Of a stretch of DNA of 64,000 nt, positions 51,956 to 64,000 are shown piece after piece. A program made the translations under genes and the position numbers. Positions within the stretch are counted from its first letter, which is position 1. Every line of letters begins with the position of its first letter. This DNA comes from Octopus sinensis (Eukaryota), in the NCBI RefSeq assembly GCF_006345805.1, contig NC_043021.1, positions 9,548,001 to 9,612,000 on the forward strand. Reading direction: 5' to 3'. The notes beneath the pieces are model-generated. The model did not search any database. It was given only the letters and a program-made list of their open reading frames with translations, and was not told where the DNA came from.

Positions 51956-52370
51956 ATTATAGATTATATATGAAAATAAAAACCTACACATACACAAAAC
52001 ACGTACATGTATGTATGTATGTATGTATGTATGTATGTATGTATGCATGCACAATCATACACAGAAATGCATTAGTGTGGAAACTCCCCACTGATTCGTA
52101 TAAAGAATTTATTGGGTAGGAACTAACAGAGGATAGTAACTAACACAGCTGGTACAGTGCTTGGAATTTATGACGAGAATGTCACTGAGTTTGAACAGAA
52201 ACCGAGCAGAAGATTGGTAACACTAGACATTGCGAACATGCTAAGTGTAGCTTGGTAGAAGCAGAATAGTATTTAAGTGCATTAGCACTTGGTTTCGTTG
52301 CTATTTAGCCCCAGTTCGGACCTGTTCGAGTAAATCTTTAATAAACTGCTTGGATCTTTCCAACCGTAAT

Positions 52371-52767
52371 ATCTTAGAAAAGAGGAAGAATAGAGTTATA
52401 TAATGTAGATTTAGATACACAATGTCGAGGGTGGGGGTGAGACAGCTGGCTACGGTTGGAATTTTTATTTATTTATTGGCATATTTATACAAGTATGTCC
52501 CTCGACTTTGTTGCCTCATAACTTTGATAAAAATGGGTATTTTTCAATGAAATTTTCTAGTGTAGCATCTTAGAAAAGAGGAAGAATAGAGTTATATAAT
52601 GTAGATTTAGATACACAATGTCGGGTGGGGGGGATGAGACAGATGGCTACGGTTGGAATTTTTATTTATTTATTTATTGGCATATTTAAACAAGTATGTC
52701 CCTCGACTTTGTTGCCTCATAACTTTGACAAAAATGGGGTATTTTTCAATGAAATTTTCTGGTGTAG
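52371..52767. repeat. Tandem duplication of 196 bp
   Basis: atcttagaaaagaggaagaatagag starts at 52371 and 52567. Confidence 0.9.
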
Positions 52768-53610
52768 ATTACGATAATATCAGAATTTAATGTAAAAAAA
52801 AAACTGATTGGCGCGCACACATACCTACTGACATACATCACAATATTTTGCAAATTTAATTTTGTAGATATATATGTGATGTGTGACACTATGTTTGTGT
52901 GCTCACCTCCCCACCATTTTTTTCACGTTAAATTCCCACATAATCGTAATCTACACCATTTGAAAGGTATTTAAAGAAAGTTCAACTGGAAAATACCCGA
53001 TTTTCTGAAAGTTACGAGAAAACAATGTCGGTGGAAGGGAGTTAGACTTGTGTAAGGTCTGCTTATTTTTGTCTATCAAACAGTTTAATCATAAGTCTTT
53101 TCGAGAAGGACTGACCTAGGACTAAAGATGATAAAAAACAAAACGGTCCAAATGCCTTTACGGCCTTTAACGTTCTAAGTTCAAATTCCGTTAAGGACAA
53201 CTTTGCCTTTAGTCGGATATGAAGCACCAGTCAAGAACTGGATCGATTTGCTATTCCTATAAAACATTCTTATTGCGAATGCTGGTATTGAATTAATGGC
53301 AATAAATAACACGAACGATATACAGTGCTGTTGAAAATTATATTTATTTATAGACGTTGTCGACTTGATTGTTCTGAAGCACATCGTTCGTTTCACATCG
53401 GAGATTTAATAAAAACAAAAATGAAGAGAAATCAGCTGAAGCTGTAGGACCAGACTGTACTAAGTGATGTTCGTAGACAGGGGAGATAAATGCGAGCGTG
53501 TATGTGTGTGTGAGAGAAAGAGAAACAGGGAGGGGGAGAAAGAGAGGGAGAGAAAGAGTTAGAGAAAAAGTGAGAGCAAGTGAGACACACACGCACACAC
53601 ACACATACAG

Positions 53611-53669
<59 letters not shown>

Positions 53670-55244
53670 TACAGACACACACACACACAAAGAAACAGAT
53701 GGAAATCAATGGTTGGAAGTTGTGAAGAGAGGGCGACAAAGAGAGAGACCACTAAAAAAGTAAAAAAAGAAGTTGAGGGAAGCGAGAGAGAGCAAAATAA
53801 GTGAGAAATGATCCCAGCCAGGGGAAAAGAAATGTGAGAAGAGAAAAAAAACAAAAAACGAAGTGAACGAGGAGAGAAAGAGAAGAAAATAAATGAGAGA
53901 GAGAGAGAGGAGAGAAATGGACTACATGCAGAAGATAACGGCTAAGATGGGATGGAAGAGAAAAAGAGGAAAGAACAAGCGAATAAGCAATTACTGACCG
54001 AGAGTGGAGGAACAGAGAGTAAGAAGAAATGACAGAGGAATATATGAGCTGATAGTGAAAAAGAAAGAAGTGTATAGTCAATTGTGTCGACCGAGTATGT
54101 GACTAGTCGCTTAATTTATCGACCCAGGAGGAATGAAAAGATCAAGACGACATCAGCTGTATTTTGAATCTATACGGGACAGTCCGTTCTGTCGTTTTAT
54201 TGTCCTGAAGAATAATAATAAAAAAGAAAGAAAGCATAAAGAGGGAGAAGGAGGAGAAAGAGTAAGGAAAAGAGAGAATGGTTAGTCAGGAGAGAAGTGG
54301 TAAGAAAGCTATGCAAGCATGAGAAAGAAAGAGGAGTGAGAGAGGGAGAGAGAGATTGAGAGTATGATTTGATAGTAAAGAAATAGAAAGAGTAAAAGCT
54401 AGAGGGAGGAGGGAAGTAGGAGAATGAGGGAGTAGTTTCTCAGAAATGAAGCGAAAAGGAAACTACGTAAGCATGAGAGAGAGGGGGAGATAGAGAGAGT
54501 TAAAGAAAGAGTGATGATAGTAAAGAAATAGAAATAGTAAAAGCAACAGACATGGAGAGAGAGAGAGAGAGTTGGTGTGAGAACATTATGAATAAGAACA
54601 ATTGAGAGAGAGAGAGAGAACTAAGAGAGATAAAGGGGGGGTGCGGGTTATTTGATGATAAAAGAGAAAGAAAAATAGAGAGGGGGGTGTTGTAATTGTC
54701 GTTTGGCCCCAGGTCAGCCCTGATGGACGGAGCAAACCTACGATGAAGGACAATCCAGCCATTGCCATCCAGTCTGTTGCAAACATTAGGAAGAAAATCA
54801 AGCTCACATTACGCAACGTCTTTTTTTTTAAGACTGTGTTGTCTGATTTGAAATAGATTTGGTTGCTATATCTCGCATATCGCTCAAATGTATGCGTGTG
54901 TGTGTGTAGACGAAGAAAGAGAAAGAGTAAAAAAATGAGAGACGTGTGACTATGTGTGTATTGTGAGTGTGGTGTGGTAGACGGAGAAAAAGAAAGAGTA
55001 AAAAACAATAGAGGGAGAAAGAGATAAACATAAATCTATGTGTGAATGGTGGTGGGAGTGGGAGTGGTATTGGTGGGTGAAGAAAGAGAAAAGTAAAAAA
55101 CAAGACGGAGGGGGAGTGTCTATATGTGTATGATGGTGGTGGCGGTGGTGGTGATGGTAGTAGACGAAGAAAGAGATAGTAAGAAACAAGACGGAGAGAG
55201 AGGGATCTGTATCTATGTGTGTGTGCGATGGTGGTAGTAGACGA

Positions 55245-55600
55245 AGAAAGAAGGAGTAAGAGACAACAGAGAGTAAGTGTGTGGGGACGGAGGTGAAAGA
55301 AGGAGTAAGAGACAACAGAGAGTAAGTGTGTGGGGACGGAGGTGAAAGAAGGAGTAAGAGACAACAGAGAGTAAGTGTGTGGGGACGGAGGTGAAAGAAG
55401 GAGTAAGAGACAACAGAGAGCAAGTGTGCGGGGACGGAGGTGAAAGAAGGAGTAAGAGACAACAGAGAGTAAGTGGGTGGGGACGGAGGTGAAAGAAGGC
55501 GTAAGAGACAACAGAGAGTAAGTATAGTGGGGACGGAGGTGAAAGAAGGCGTAAGAGACAACAGAGAGCAAGTGCGTGGGGACGGAGGTGAAAGAAGAAA
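55245..55600. repeat. 49-bp minisatellite, about 7 units
   Basis: Unit agacaacagagagtaagtgtgtggggacggaggtgaaagaaggagtaag; period 55261 to 55310. Confidence 0.92.
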
Positions 55601-55679
55601 GAGTATAAGTTGTATGTGCGAACAGACGTAACTAGTCCACATTACCCCTTGACCTCCACTAAAACAAGACACAGCAATG

Positions 55680-55782
55680 TCGACCAGCTAAAAAAAAACT
55701 CTGGATGACAACATGTAACCAAATAAAAAATGTGCGGATAAATACAAGTTGTAGCGTCGAAATTTCACTCGTATAGGTAAGT
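55680..55782 (+). other. Candidate non-coding first exon ending at a perfect donor TAG|GTAAGT (55776/55777)
   Basis: CpG-enriched unique sequence (gtcgac, cgtcgaa, gacgtcgac). Every ATG is closed by a stop before or at the donor. Start is approximate. Confidence 0.3.
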
Positions 55783-56269
55783 GGACGTCGACATTTATCC
55801 GTTGCTTCAGTTTACAATAAATGTTAACCCGTTAAAGACGTGTCAGCCTGTAAAATGTTTCCCCAGTAATAATATATTTAGTGTGCGAGTATGTGCGTGT
55901 GTGAATGAGTGTCGGGGAAAGAGAACACACAAATATATAAATGATCTTCGTGTTGTATTTGGGAAAGGCTAAAGACAAGACAATTGTCGTTGGAGGAAGA
56001 AAATAATAATGATGAAGCAGTTGTTAATTTTTTTACGTTTTGTGTTTTACATTTTTATGTTTTGGTTTCGTTAAGTTTGATTTAGTTGGAAATGTCATCG
56101 ATCAGAAAAAGACGAACGAGTGTTGGGTTTTATCTGTGTCCTGACTACATCATCTCAGTAAATAGAAACCATTGAATTGATGGAGCATTATACATACATA
56201 CTTATATATATGTATAATGCTCCATAAACGCATTTTCCCTCTGAGTACTTTATTATCTGTAATGCACGT

Positions 56270-56335
<66 letters not shown>

Positions 56336-56377
56336 ACTCAGAAAAGACAGGCACTCGTATGTGTGTGTGTGTGTATA

Positions 56378-56408
<31 letters not shown>

Positions 56409-56436
56409 AACTATACTCAGAAAAGACAGGCACTCG

Positions 56437-56477
<41 letters not shown>

Positions 56478-56490
56478 ACATGTGTGTGTG

Positions 56491-56527
<37 letters not shown>

Positions 56528-57243
56528 TGAGAGATGTATATATTTTTGTATGTATGTGTGCATATTTAGAGACAAACAGACAGACAGGTGTATACGTGTG
56601 TGTGTGTGTGTCTCTGTGAGTATGTATAAACAGTTATTTTATTATCATCATTATTTAATGTCCATCTTCCATGTTGGCTTAAGTTCAGTGTTGGACAGGA
56701 TATGACGAGTCGGAGGACTGCGTCATCCACCAATGTCCACTTCGACATGGTCCCTATGGCTGGATGCCCGTCCGAACGCCAACCACTTTACAGAGTGCAC
56801 TGGGTTTTTTGGCTTTTTCCCGTAGCATCAGCACTAGTGAACCTTACCTTGTTCCATACAAAACTAAGAATGCAGGGTGGGCCCCCTATTAGTAATAAAA
56901 GAGAATAAAAACGAGAGGGTGCGATGATTATATATATATGAAGTGATGAGGGTGTGAAAAGTATAATGATTGCAATATATTTATTGTTGTGATAGGGTGA
57001 TAGTGGAGAGAGCAGCCGAGCAGGCTTTAACTGGGGAGAGTGTATATAAAGATACGTGTGTGTATATATATATACACACACACACACGAAATCAGTTCAA
57101 TACGCTCTGGAATTGTGAAAGATGGGCTTCAATTTTTCTAGAAGTGAATAAAATAATAATGAATGCACACGTACTTGTACAAAACGTTTTGATGCGTGAC
57201 TTCTGGTCCACCCTGTGTATGTATGAATGTGTGTATATATATA

Positions 57244-57295
<52 letters not shown>

Positions 57296-59337
57296 GTATG
57301 TAATCTATATGTGTGTATGTATGTGATGGTTATTTGTCCGTTTTCCTGCTGGCATGAGTTGAACTGATTGACAGCATCTTGTGAGCTAAAGGGCTGCTCC
57401 AAACTCAGCTGTTAGCTTTGATATGGTTACTATGGCCGGATGTCCTTCCTGAAACCAACCACATTACAGTGTGTACTGGGAGCCCATTTTGGGGAGAGTT
57501 CTTTGTACCACCAATGCCAGTGATGTTGCCAAGTAACTTGCAAGACAGAAAAAAACAATAGGAAAAGCTGAGTGGGGAGCATCAAAAAAAATTTTTTTTC
57601 AGAGAGGGAAGATGGCTTTATACCAAGAGTCGAAAGGCTAAAAGCTTGTTTTCCTATAGAGGGGAGACATGGCTGCCACACATATAGAGCGGAGTGGAAG
57701 TAATTGGGATGGAAAAGTGCCCATGCAGTGTCACGTAAAAACATCCAGCACACTCTGTGGAGTGGTTGGCATTAGGAAGGGCATCCAGCCCACAGAAACC
57801 AAGCCAGATTAGACTGGAGTCTGGTGCAGCTCCAGCATGGACAACAGACATGAAATAAAGATTATTCTATATATATATAGAGAGAGAGAGCAATAAGAAA
57901 ATGGAGGGGATCAATAGGTGGTTCAGCAACTTTTAGACATTATATTATGTTAACTTATTTATTTACTAAAATGACAATTACAAGAATATATATACATGTA
58001 TAACATATTATGCTTTCTCATAAAGAAGGTTGGCTGTGTGGTAAGTAGCTTGCTTACGAACCACATGATTCCAGGTTCAGTTCCACTATAGCATTGGGCC
58101 AACCAAGGCATTGTGAATGGATTTGGTAGATGGAAGCTGAAAGAAGCCCATTGTATGTGTGTGTGTGTGTGACCTCTCGTCTGTGTTTGTCCCCAACCAC
58201 TCCTTGACAACCGGTGTTGGTGTGTTGACATCCCCTTAACTTAGCAGTTCGGCAAAACGAGACTGATAGAACATGTACCAGGCTTAACAAATATAAATAT
58301 AACAAATGGGTCAATTCATTCAACTAAAATTTCTGCAAGGTGATGCCTCAGTATGGCCGGTGTCTAATGACTGAAAACAGTAAAATATATATGTATATAT
58401 ATATATATTTGCAAATAGTAATGGATTACTCCAAACATTTACCAGTTTGCTCTCAGTTAGGTATTCAAAATAGGTTATTCAACAGTTGATATGTAAATCC
58501 AATAATATTCTCATAAGACAAGAATACATTCTTATACTAGTATGTTGTTGACAGTGACTTCCAAGTTTTGGCCAGCTAAGCCATTGCGGACTGATGCGTG
58601 TGTATGTACTTGTAGCATTTGAATATTTTTTTTGGCTGATGTCAATGCTGTTGGATTGTGTGTCGAAATTCCAATGACTTCCAAGAGAGCAGCTGATGAT
58701 AAGATGTTGGCTATGTCCCTTTAGATTTAAACTGTTGTTATTGTGAAGTTTGTATGTTTCCCTTTTTGATTCTGTCTTCAGTATGTTTGTCACCATATTG
58801 ATAAGGCGGCGAGCTGGCAGAAAGGTTAGCATGCCGGGCGAAATGCGTAGCTGTATTTCGTCTGCCGTTACGTTCTGAGTTCAAATTCCGCTGAGGTCGA
58901 CTTTGCCTTTCATCCTTTCGGGGTCGATAAATTAAGTACCAGTTACGCACTGGGGTTGATGTAATTGACTTAAACTATTTGTCTGTCCTTGTTTGTCCTC
59001 TCTGTGTTTAGCCCCTTGTGGGTAGTAAAGAAATACATATTGATTGCGTCACCATTTGTAGTCCTGGTGGTTTATGGTCCGCTTATTGTTTAGTATACCA
59101 CTGGGACTAGTCTTGTTGGTTTGTCTGTCATTGCTTCATTCTGTGTCAATGCTTGTTAACATCTTATTTTTAATTTGTCTTGGTAGAATTTTTTAATTCA
59201 TAACGAGTGGCTGTGTGGTAAGTAGCTCACTGCGTGGCACCTTGGGCAATTGTCTTCTACTATAGCCTCAGGCCGACCAAGGCCTTGTGAGTGGATTTGG
59301 TAGATGGAAACTGAAAGAAGCCCGTCATATATATGTG

Positions 59338-59370
<33 letters not shown>

Positions 59371-60872
59371 ATATGTTTGTGTGTCTGTGTTTGTCTCCCC
59401 AACATCGCTTGACAACCAATGCTGGTGTGCTTACGTCCCCGTAACTTAGTTCGGCAAAAGAGACCGATAGAATAAGTACTAGGCTTACAAAGAATAAGTC
59501 CTGGGGTCAATTTGCTTGACTAAAGACGGTGCTTCAGCATGGCCATGGTCACATGACTGAAACAAGTAAAAGAGTTAAAGAGTAACTGGTTATTAGTAAT
59601 AGTATATTCGAGACTCAGTGGAATTAGAATTATTGGGTTAGATATCAGCAAGTTTTTACATTATGGTAGACTTAAATAGTCCAAAGTCAGGACGTCATGA
59701 TAGATTGTTAGCTCCTACATGCATTTTTTCTCTCCTTGTTTTTTCTGTGTCCCTTCCTGTAGAAGAGCGTAGGCTCGAAACATAAAAGACTTTTTCTATT
59801 CCTGAGCACTATACTAATACATTTGTTTGTTTGTACTCCACCTGCCTTCGTCTTTTGTTTATTTTCGTAAACTTTCCCTTTATATATATATCATTATCAT
59901 CATTTAACATCTGTTTTCCATGGTGTCATGAGTTTGGATGGTTTGATGAGTGCTGGCAACCAGGTGAGCAGCACCAGGTTCCAGTCTGATTTGGCTTGGT
60001 TTCTACAGCTGGATGCTCTTCCAAATGCCCACCACTTTACAGAGTGTACTGGGTGCCTGTCATGTTGCACTGGTGCTTTTTATGTGGAACCAGCATGGGG
60101 GTTTTTACATGGCACCAGGACAGGATTATTGCAGGCCGAACCCCTTCAGCTGAAGAAGGAGCAGCATTAATACTTCTGCTGTGGACAACAGATCTTCTTG
60201 TGTGTGTGTATGTACTGGTGGCACATGAAAAAATCATTCAAGCGAGGTCATTACCAGTGCCGCTGGACTGGCTCCTGTGCAGGTGGCACATAAAAAAACA
60301 CCATTTGAGCATGGCCGTTGCCAGTACTGCCTGGCTGGCACAAGGGCCGGTGGCACGTAAAAGCACCCACTACAGTCAGAGTGGTTGGCATTAGGAAGGG
60401 CCTCCAGCTGTAGAAACTCTGCCAGATCAAGATTGGAGCCTGGTGCAGCCATCTGGTTCACCAGTCCTCAGTCAAATCGTCCAACCCATGCTAGCATGGA
60501 AAGCGGACGTTAAACGATGATGATGATGATGATGTCATACACACATTTATGCGCAATACAGCATAAATAAGAAGAACTGAAGTAAATTTAAGTATTGAAG
60601 CTCAATATGGTTCAGATAAGAACATGAAGACCCATTTTCTATGTTAATTGATGTAGAAAAAATGTCGGAGGGAGTCTCATGATGGACCATGTATATGTGT
60701 GTGCGTCTTTTTCACAATTCAGGGCATGGGCTGTGGCCATGCTGGGATACTACTATTACTGATGATACTGTTTCGACCATTTCATTATGGTGTGTGAGGA
60801 AGTTTGATATTGTTACCATTATTAGCTTTCTTGGCATGATCTTGTGTGTGTGTGTTTATCTATATATGTGTG

Positions 60873-60907
<35 letters not shown>

Positions 60908-61178
60908 ATTGTATTTTGGGATGGTCTTTTTTTTTTGTCTTTTTGCCAAATCCGCACACACACTACTATATATTTGTTCTTCATTCATTTATTACTGTTC
61001 CTATTTTAGCTTGTGTCCATTGTCCGGAAATCTTTCATGTGTGGCGAAAGATTTCCAGACAATGGATATGAGTTTATTTGGGGGGAAAAAAAGAAAAAGA
61101 AAAGAACCATCCCAAAATACAACAATATCCATTTCAACACATGGTTTCACATCAGGAATCTTGTAACACAAATTTATA

Positions 61179-61238
<60 letters not shown>

Positions 61239-62313
61239 ATCCAAACATGAAAACACAAAGAGAAAACACAACAATGCGAGGACGTGGAACAAATATAGTA
61301 TTATTGGACGCTCAGGAAGGAAGGGAAGAAGGAGGGTTTTACGTTTCGAGCGGAGCTCTTTGTCAGAAACATAGGAAATGGAAAGATCCAGAGAAGGGAA
61401 GACGGAGGAAAAAAATCACTAATGGTACACACACGGTCACTATATATATATATATAGATATAGAGAGAGAGAGAGACCGGTAAGGCGGCGCTGATAACGA
61501 TCCCGCTGGAATGGTGCTTTTTACGTAATATATGTATATATATATGTATGTATATATAAAACAAACACACACACACACATGAATATGTATACCATGTGTG
61601 TGTATAAATATATATCATCATCATCATTTATCATCCATTTTCCATGCTGCCTGAGCTCCATTTTGCCCATTTTGTCATGGCTTCTACTGCTGGATTCCCT
61701 TCTATATATCATTTTTACATCATGGGCTGTGATGATTAGACGGAATCCAATGGGTTGGAGGACCAAGTCTTGTACCAGTGTCTCAGAGTGTACTGGATGC
61801 TTTATTTATTCTTTTCTTCACAATGCACAAGAATTTGTGGGATGACAATCGGTTTGGCAAAAGAGACCAATAGAATAAGTACCAGGGTTGCTTTGTTTAG
61901 CTAAACCCTTCAAGGCAGTGTCCCAGCATATCTGCAGTCCAATGACTGAAACGAGTAAAAGATAAAAAGAATGTCTATGGAATACTCAGCCACTTGCATG
62001 ATAGGTCAATGTTTAGGCAATTAATTGAACATTTGAACCCCTCATTATTGAAACTAACAGAGGTCCAACTACACACAAGTAGTAATATGTATGTATGCGG
62101 GCATGGCTGTGTGGTTAGGGAGCTTGCTTCCTAGCTACATGGTTTCAGGTTCAGTCCCACTGCGTGACACTTTGGGCAGGTGTCTTCTGCTATAGCCCCG
62201 AGTCGACCTAAGCTTTGTGATTGAATTCGGTAGGCGGAAGTTACTGCCATGTGTGTATGTGTGCGTGTAGGTGCTCAGTGCCTCTCCGAAAGAGAGAAAG
62301 GGGTATGTATGTA

Positions 62314-62760
62314 ATTATTCAGTTTTATTTCAAGATTTCTTGCCAATAGAGAAAGAGCCTGCAGTTTTGTTTGTTTTGTTTTATGTATGTATTCTCATGC
62401 ATATAGGTGCATGTTTAGACATGTGTGTATATACTCAAATGATAAACTTCTGGAAAGTTTTACAGATGTTTACAGTTCCAGTGATGGCTTGGATCTGTAG
62501 TCTTCAAATTGGCTGTCTTCTTTCTGGCTTTGAGAAGCCTAATTTCTCAAGATTGATACTTAGGTAGTGTGTTACATGTCCCAGTGCCCCAATAATTACA
62601 GATATAAACCTGAACCTGGGTAGAATAACTGTAGATTTCTCAATAGTTCGGTGTAGGTATTTTCTTTTTCTCCTATCTTTAGCCTTTTGCTAACATCTGC
62701 TGGGCAGCTGATCTCTACAACTGTACACAGTTTCTCCTCTCTGCCCCAAATCACTAAGTA
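62314..62760 (-). mobile_element. R4/Dong-like non-LTR retrotransposon 3' fragment with restriction-like endonuclease
   Basis: LVIWGREEKLCTVVEISCPAD...K..EKENTY, then IIGALGHVT and ITGTV-like motifs across frameshifts. The 3' UTR ends next to (ATAC)n. Confidence 0.75.
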
Positions 62761-63759
62761 TATCTGTATGTGTCTGTGTGTATGTAGAGTCAACAGATGA
62801 GATCCAGAGATTCTTGGTATAGAAAACACTTAGTAGCGCTTCGAATGATCTGAATTTAGACTCTGATGTTTTTACGAGGGACCAATTCTATGAGATAAAT
62901 AGTGGCTATAAGAAGAATCCAGGTGAGCAGATATACTCTTTTACTTGTTTCAGTCATTTGACTGTGGCCATACTGGAGCACCGCATTTAGTCGAGCAAAT
63001 CAACCCTAGTACTTATTCTATCGGTCTCTTTTGCTGAACCCCTAAGTAACAGGGACGTAAACACACCAGCATCAGTTGTCAAGCAATGTTGGGTGGACAA
63101 ACACAGACACACACATATATATATATATATACACACATATATACGACGGGCTTCTTTCAGGTCAACATGACCGGTAGAGTGTACAGGGCAGAGGATGACT
63201 GCAAAAAAATAAGAGTGGGCGGAGAGAAAATAGCAAGAGTATAGTGGGAGAGGGAGAAATGGGAGAGAGATGGAGAGAGAGTGTGTGTGTGTGTAACCAC
63301 TGAGCCATGCACCTCCACATGTGCTCATAAATTAGTGTATGGTGGTTGGTGTTAGGAAGGGCATCCAGAACCATACCAAAGCAGACACTGGAACATGATC
63401 CAGTCCTTGACCAATTGTCAAACCATCCAGACCCATGCAGTATGGAACATGGACGTTAAACAATGATGATGACATTACATTCCAAACTGTGTCCATAATG
63501 CCTCTTTCCCCCCCTCTCTCTCTCTCTATATATATATTTGTATATGTATATATATATATATATATATATGTGCGTGATTGATAGACATAAAAATTATTGG
63601 TAGTAAGAATCTGATGAACATCAATAAAGAATGAATTAAGAGTTAAGAAAATGGAGGTTATCAGAATAAAAAGTAAGGTTTGCCCAAGATACCACGCAGT
63701 AGGACCGAACCCAGAATCATGTGGTTCGTAAGCAAACGTCTTACCACACAGCCACTCCC

Positions 63760-64000
63760 ACTGTAACATTCATGCACATTAATATTACACATCTTGAGAA
63801 GTGTATTCACATCCTCCCTTTCTAGCTTCCACAAGTCCTTTGCCTTCAAGGCCACCTCTCACTGCCATACAGAATCACACTTCACATACAACCTGGCCTT
63901 CGCTCTGAGAGAGATGCTCTTTGTTGATGATTGAGGTAGTTAGCAGCTTCCTGAACATTTTCCAACTTTTTTTTTTTACTCACCTATGGAAATTGTAGCT
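63760..64000 (-). mobile_element. RTE LINE RT C-terminal fragment, degenerate
   Basis: KSISLRAKARLY...ALKAKDLWKLEREDVNTLLKMCNINVH resembles the RTE post-RT region. Confidence 0.6.

Overview
Eukaryotic, AT-rich, repeat-dominated genomic DNA with one 100-N gap at 17400-17499. The SINE, LINE and microsatellite landscape strongly suggests an octopus (coleoid cephalopod); this is inferred from repeat families, not proven. Almost all ORFs in the supplied track are microsatellite or repeat artefacts. One spliced protein-coding gene can be rebuilt by hand on the minus strand: 6 coding exons from 48488 to 35473, 220 aa, all splice phases consistent, NOL7/Utp16-like nucleolar protein. Weaker exon candidates suggest a plus-strand gene (8325 to about 32454) and a further plus-strand first exon near 55776. 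The rest is tRNA-derived SINEs of at least three families, RTE, R4/Dong-like, Tx1-like and Penelope-like retroelement fragments, mariner, hAT-like and Helentron-like remnants, three minisatellites, local duplications and a U2 snRNA retropseudogene. The most notable patterns are: (i) many Penelope-type minimal hammerhead ribozyme motifs, some with intact cores and one family with a shared non-canonical core; (ii) several perfect or near-perfect fold-back hairpins next to (TA)n tracts, one with a telomeric-repeat loop; (iii) one retroelement 5' head joined to two different LINE 3' tails in inverted orientation; (iv) a U2 copy captured inside one arm of an inverted SINE duplication. All coordinates were read by eye and repeat boundaries are approximate.
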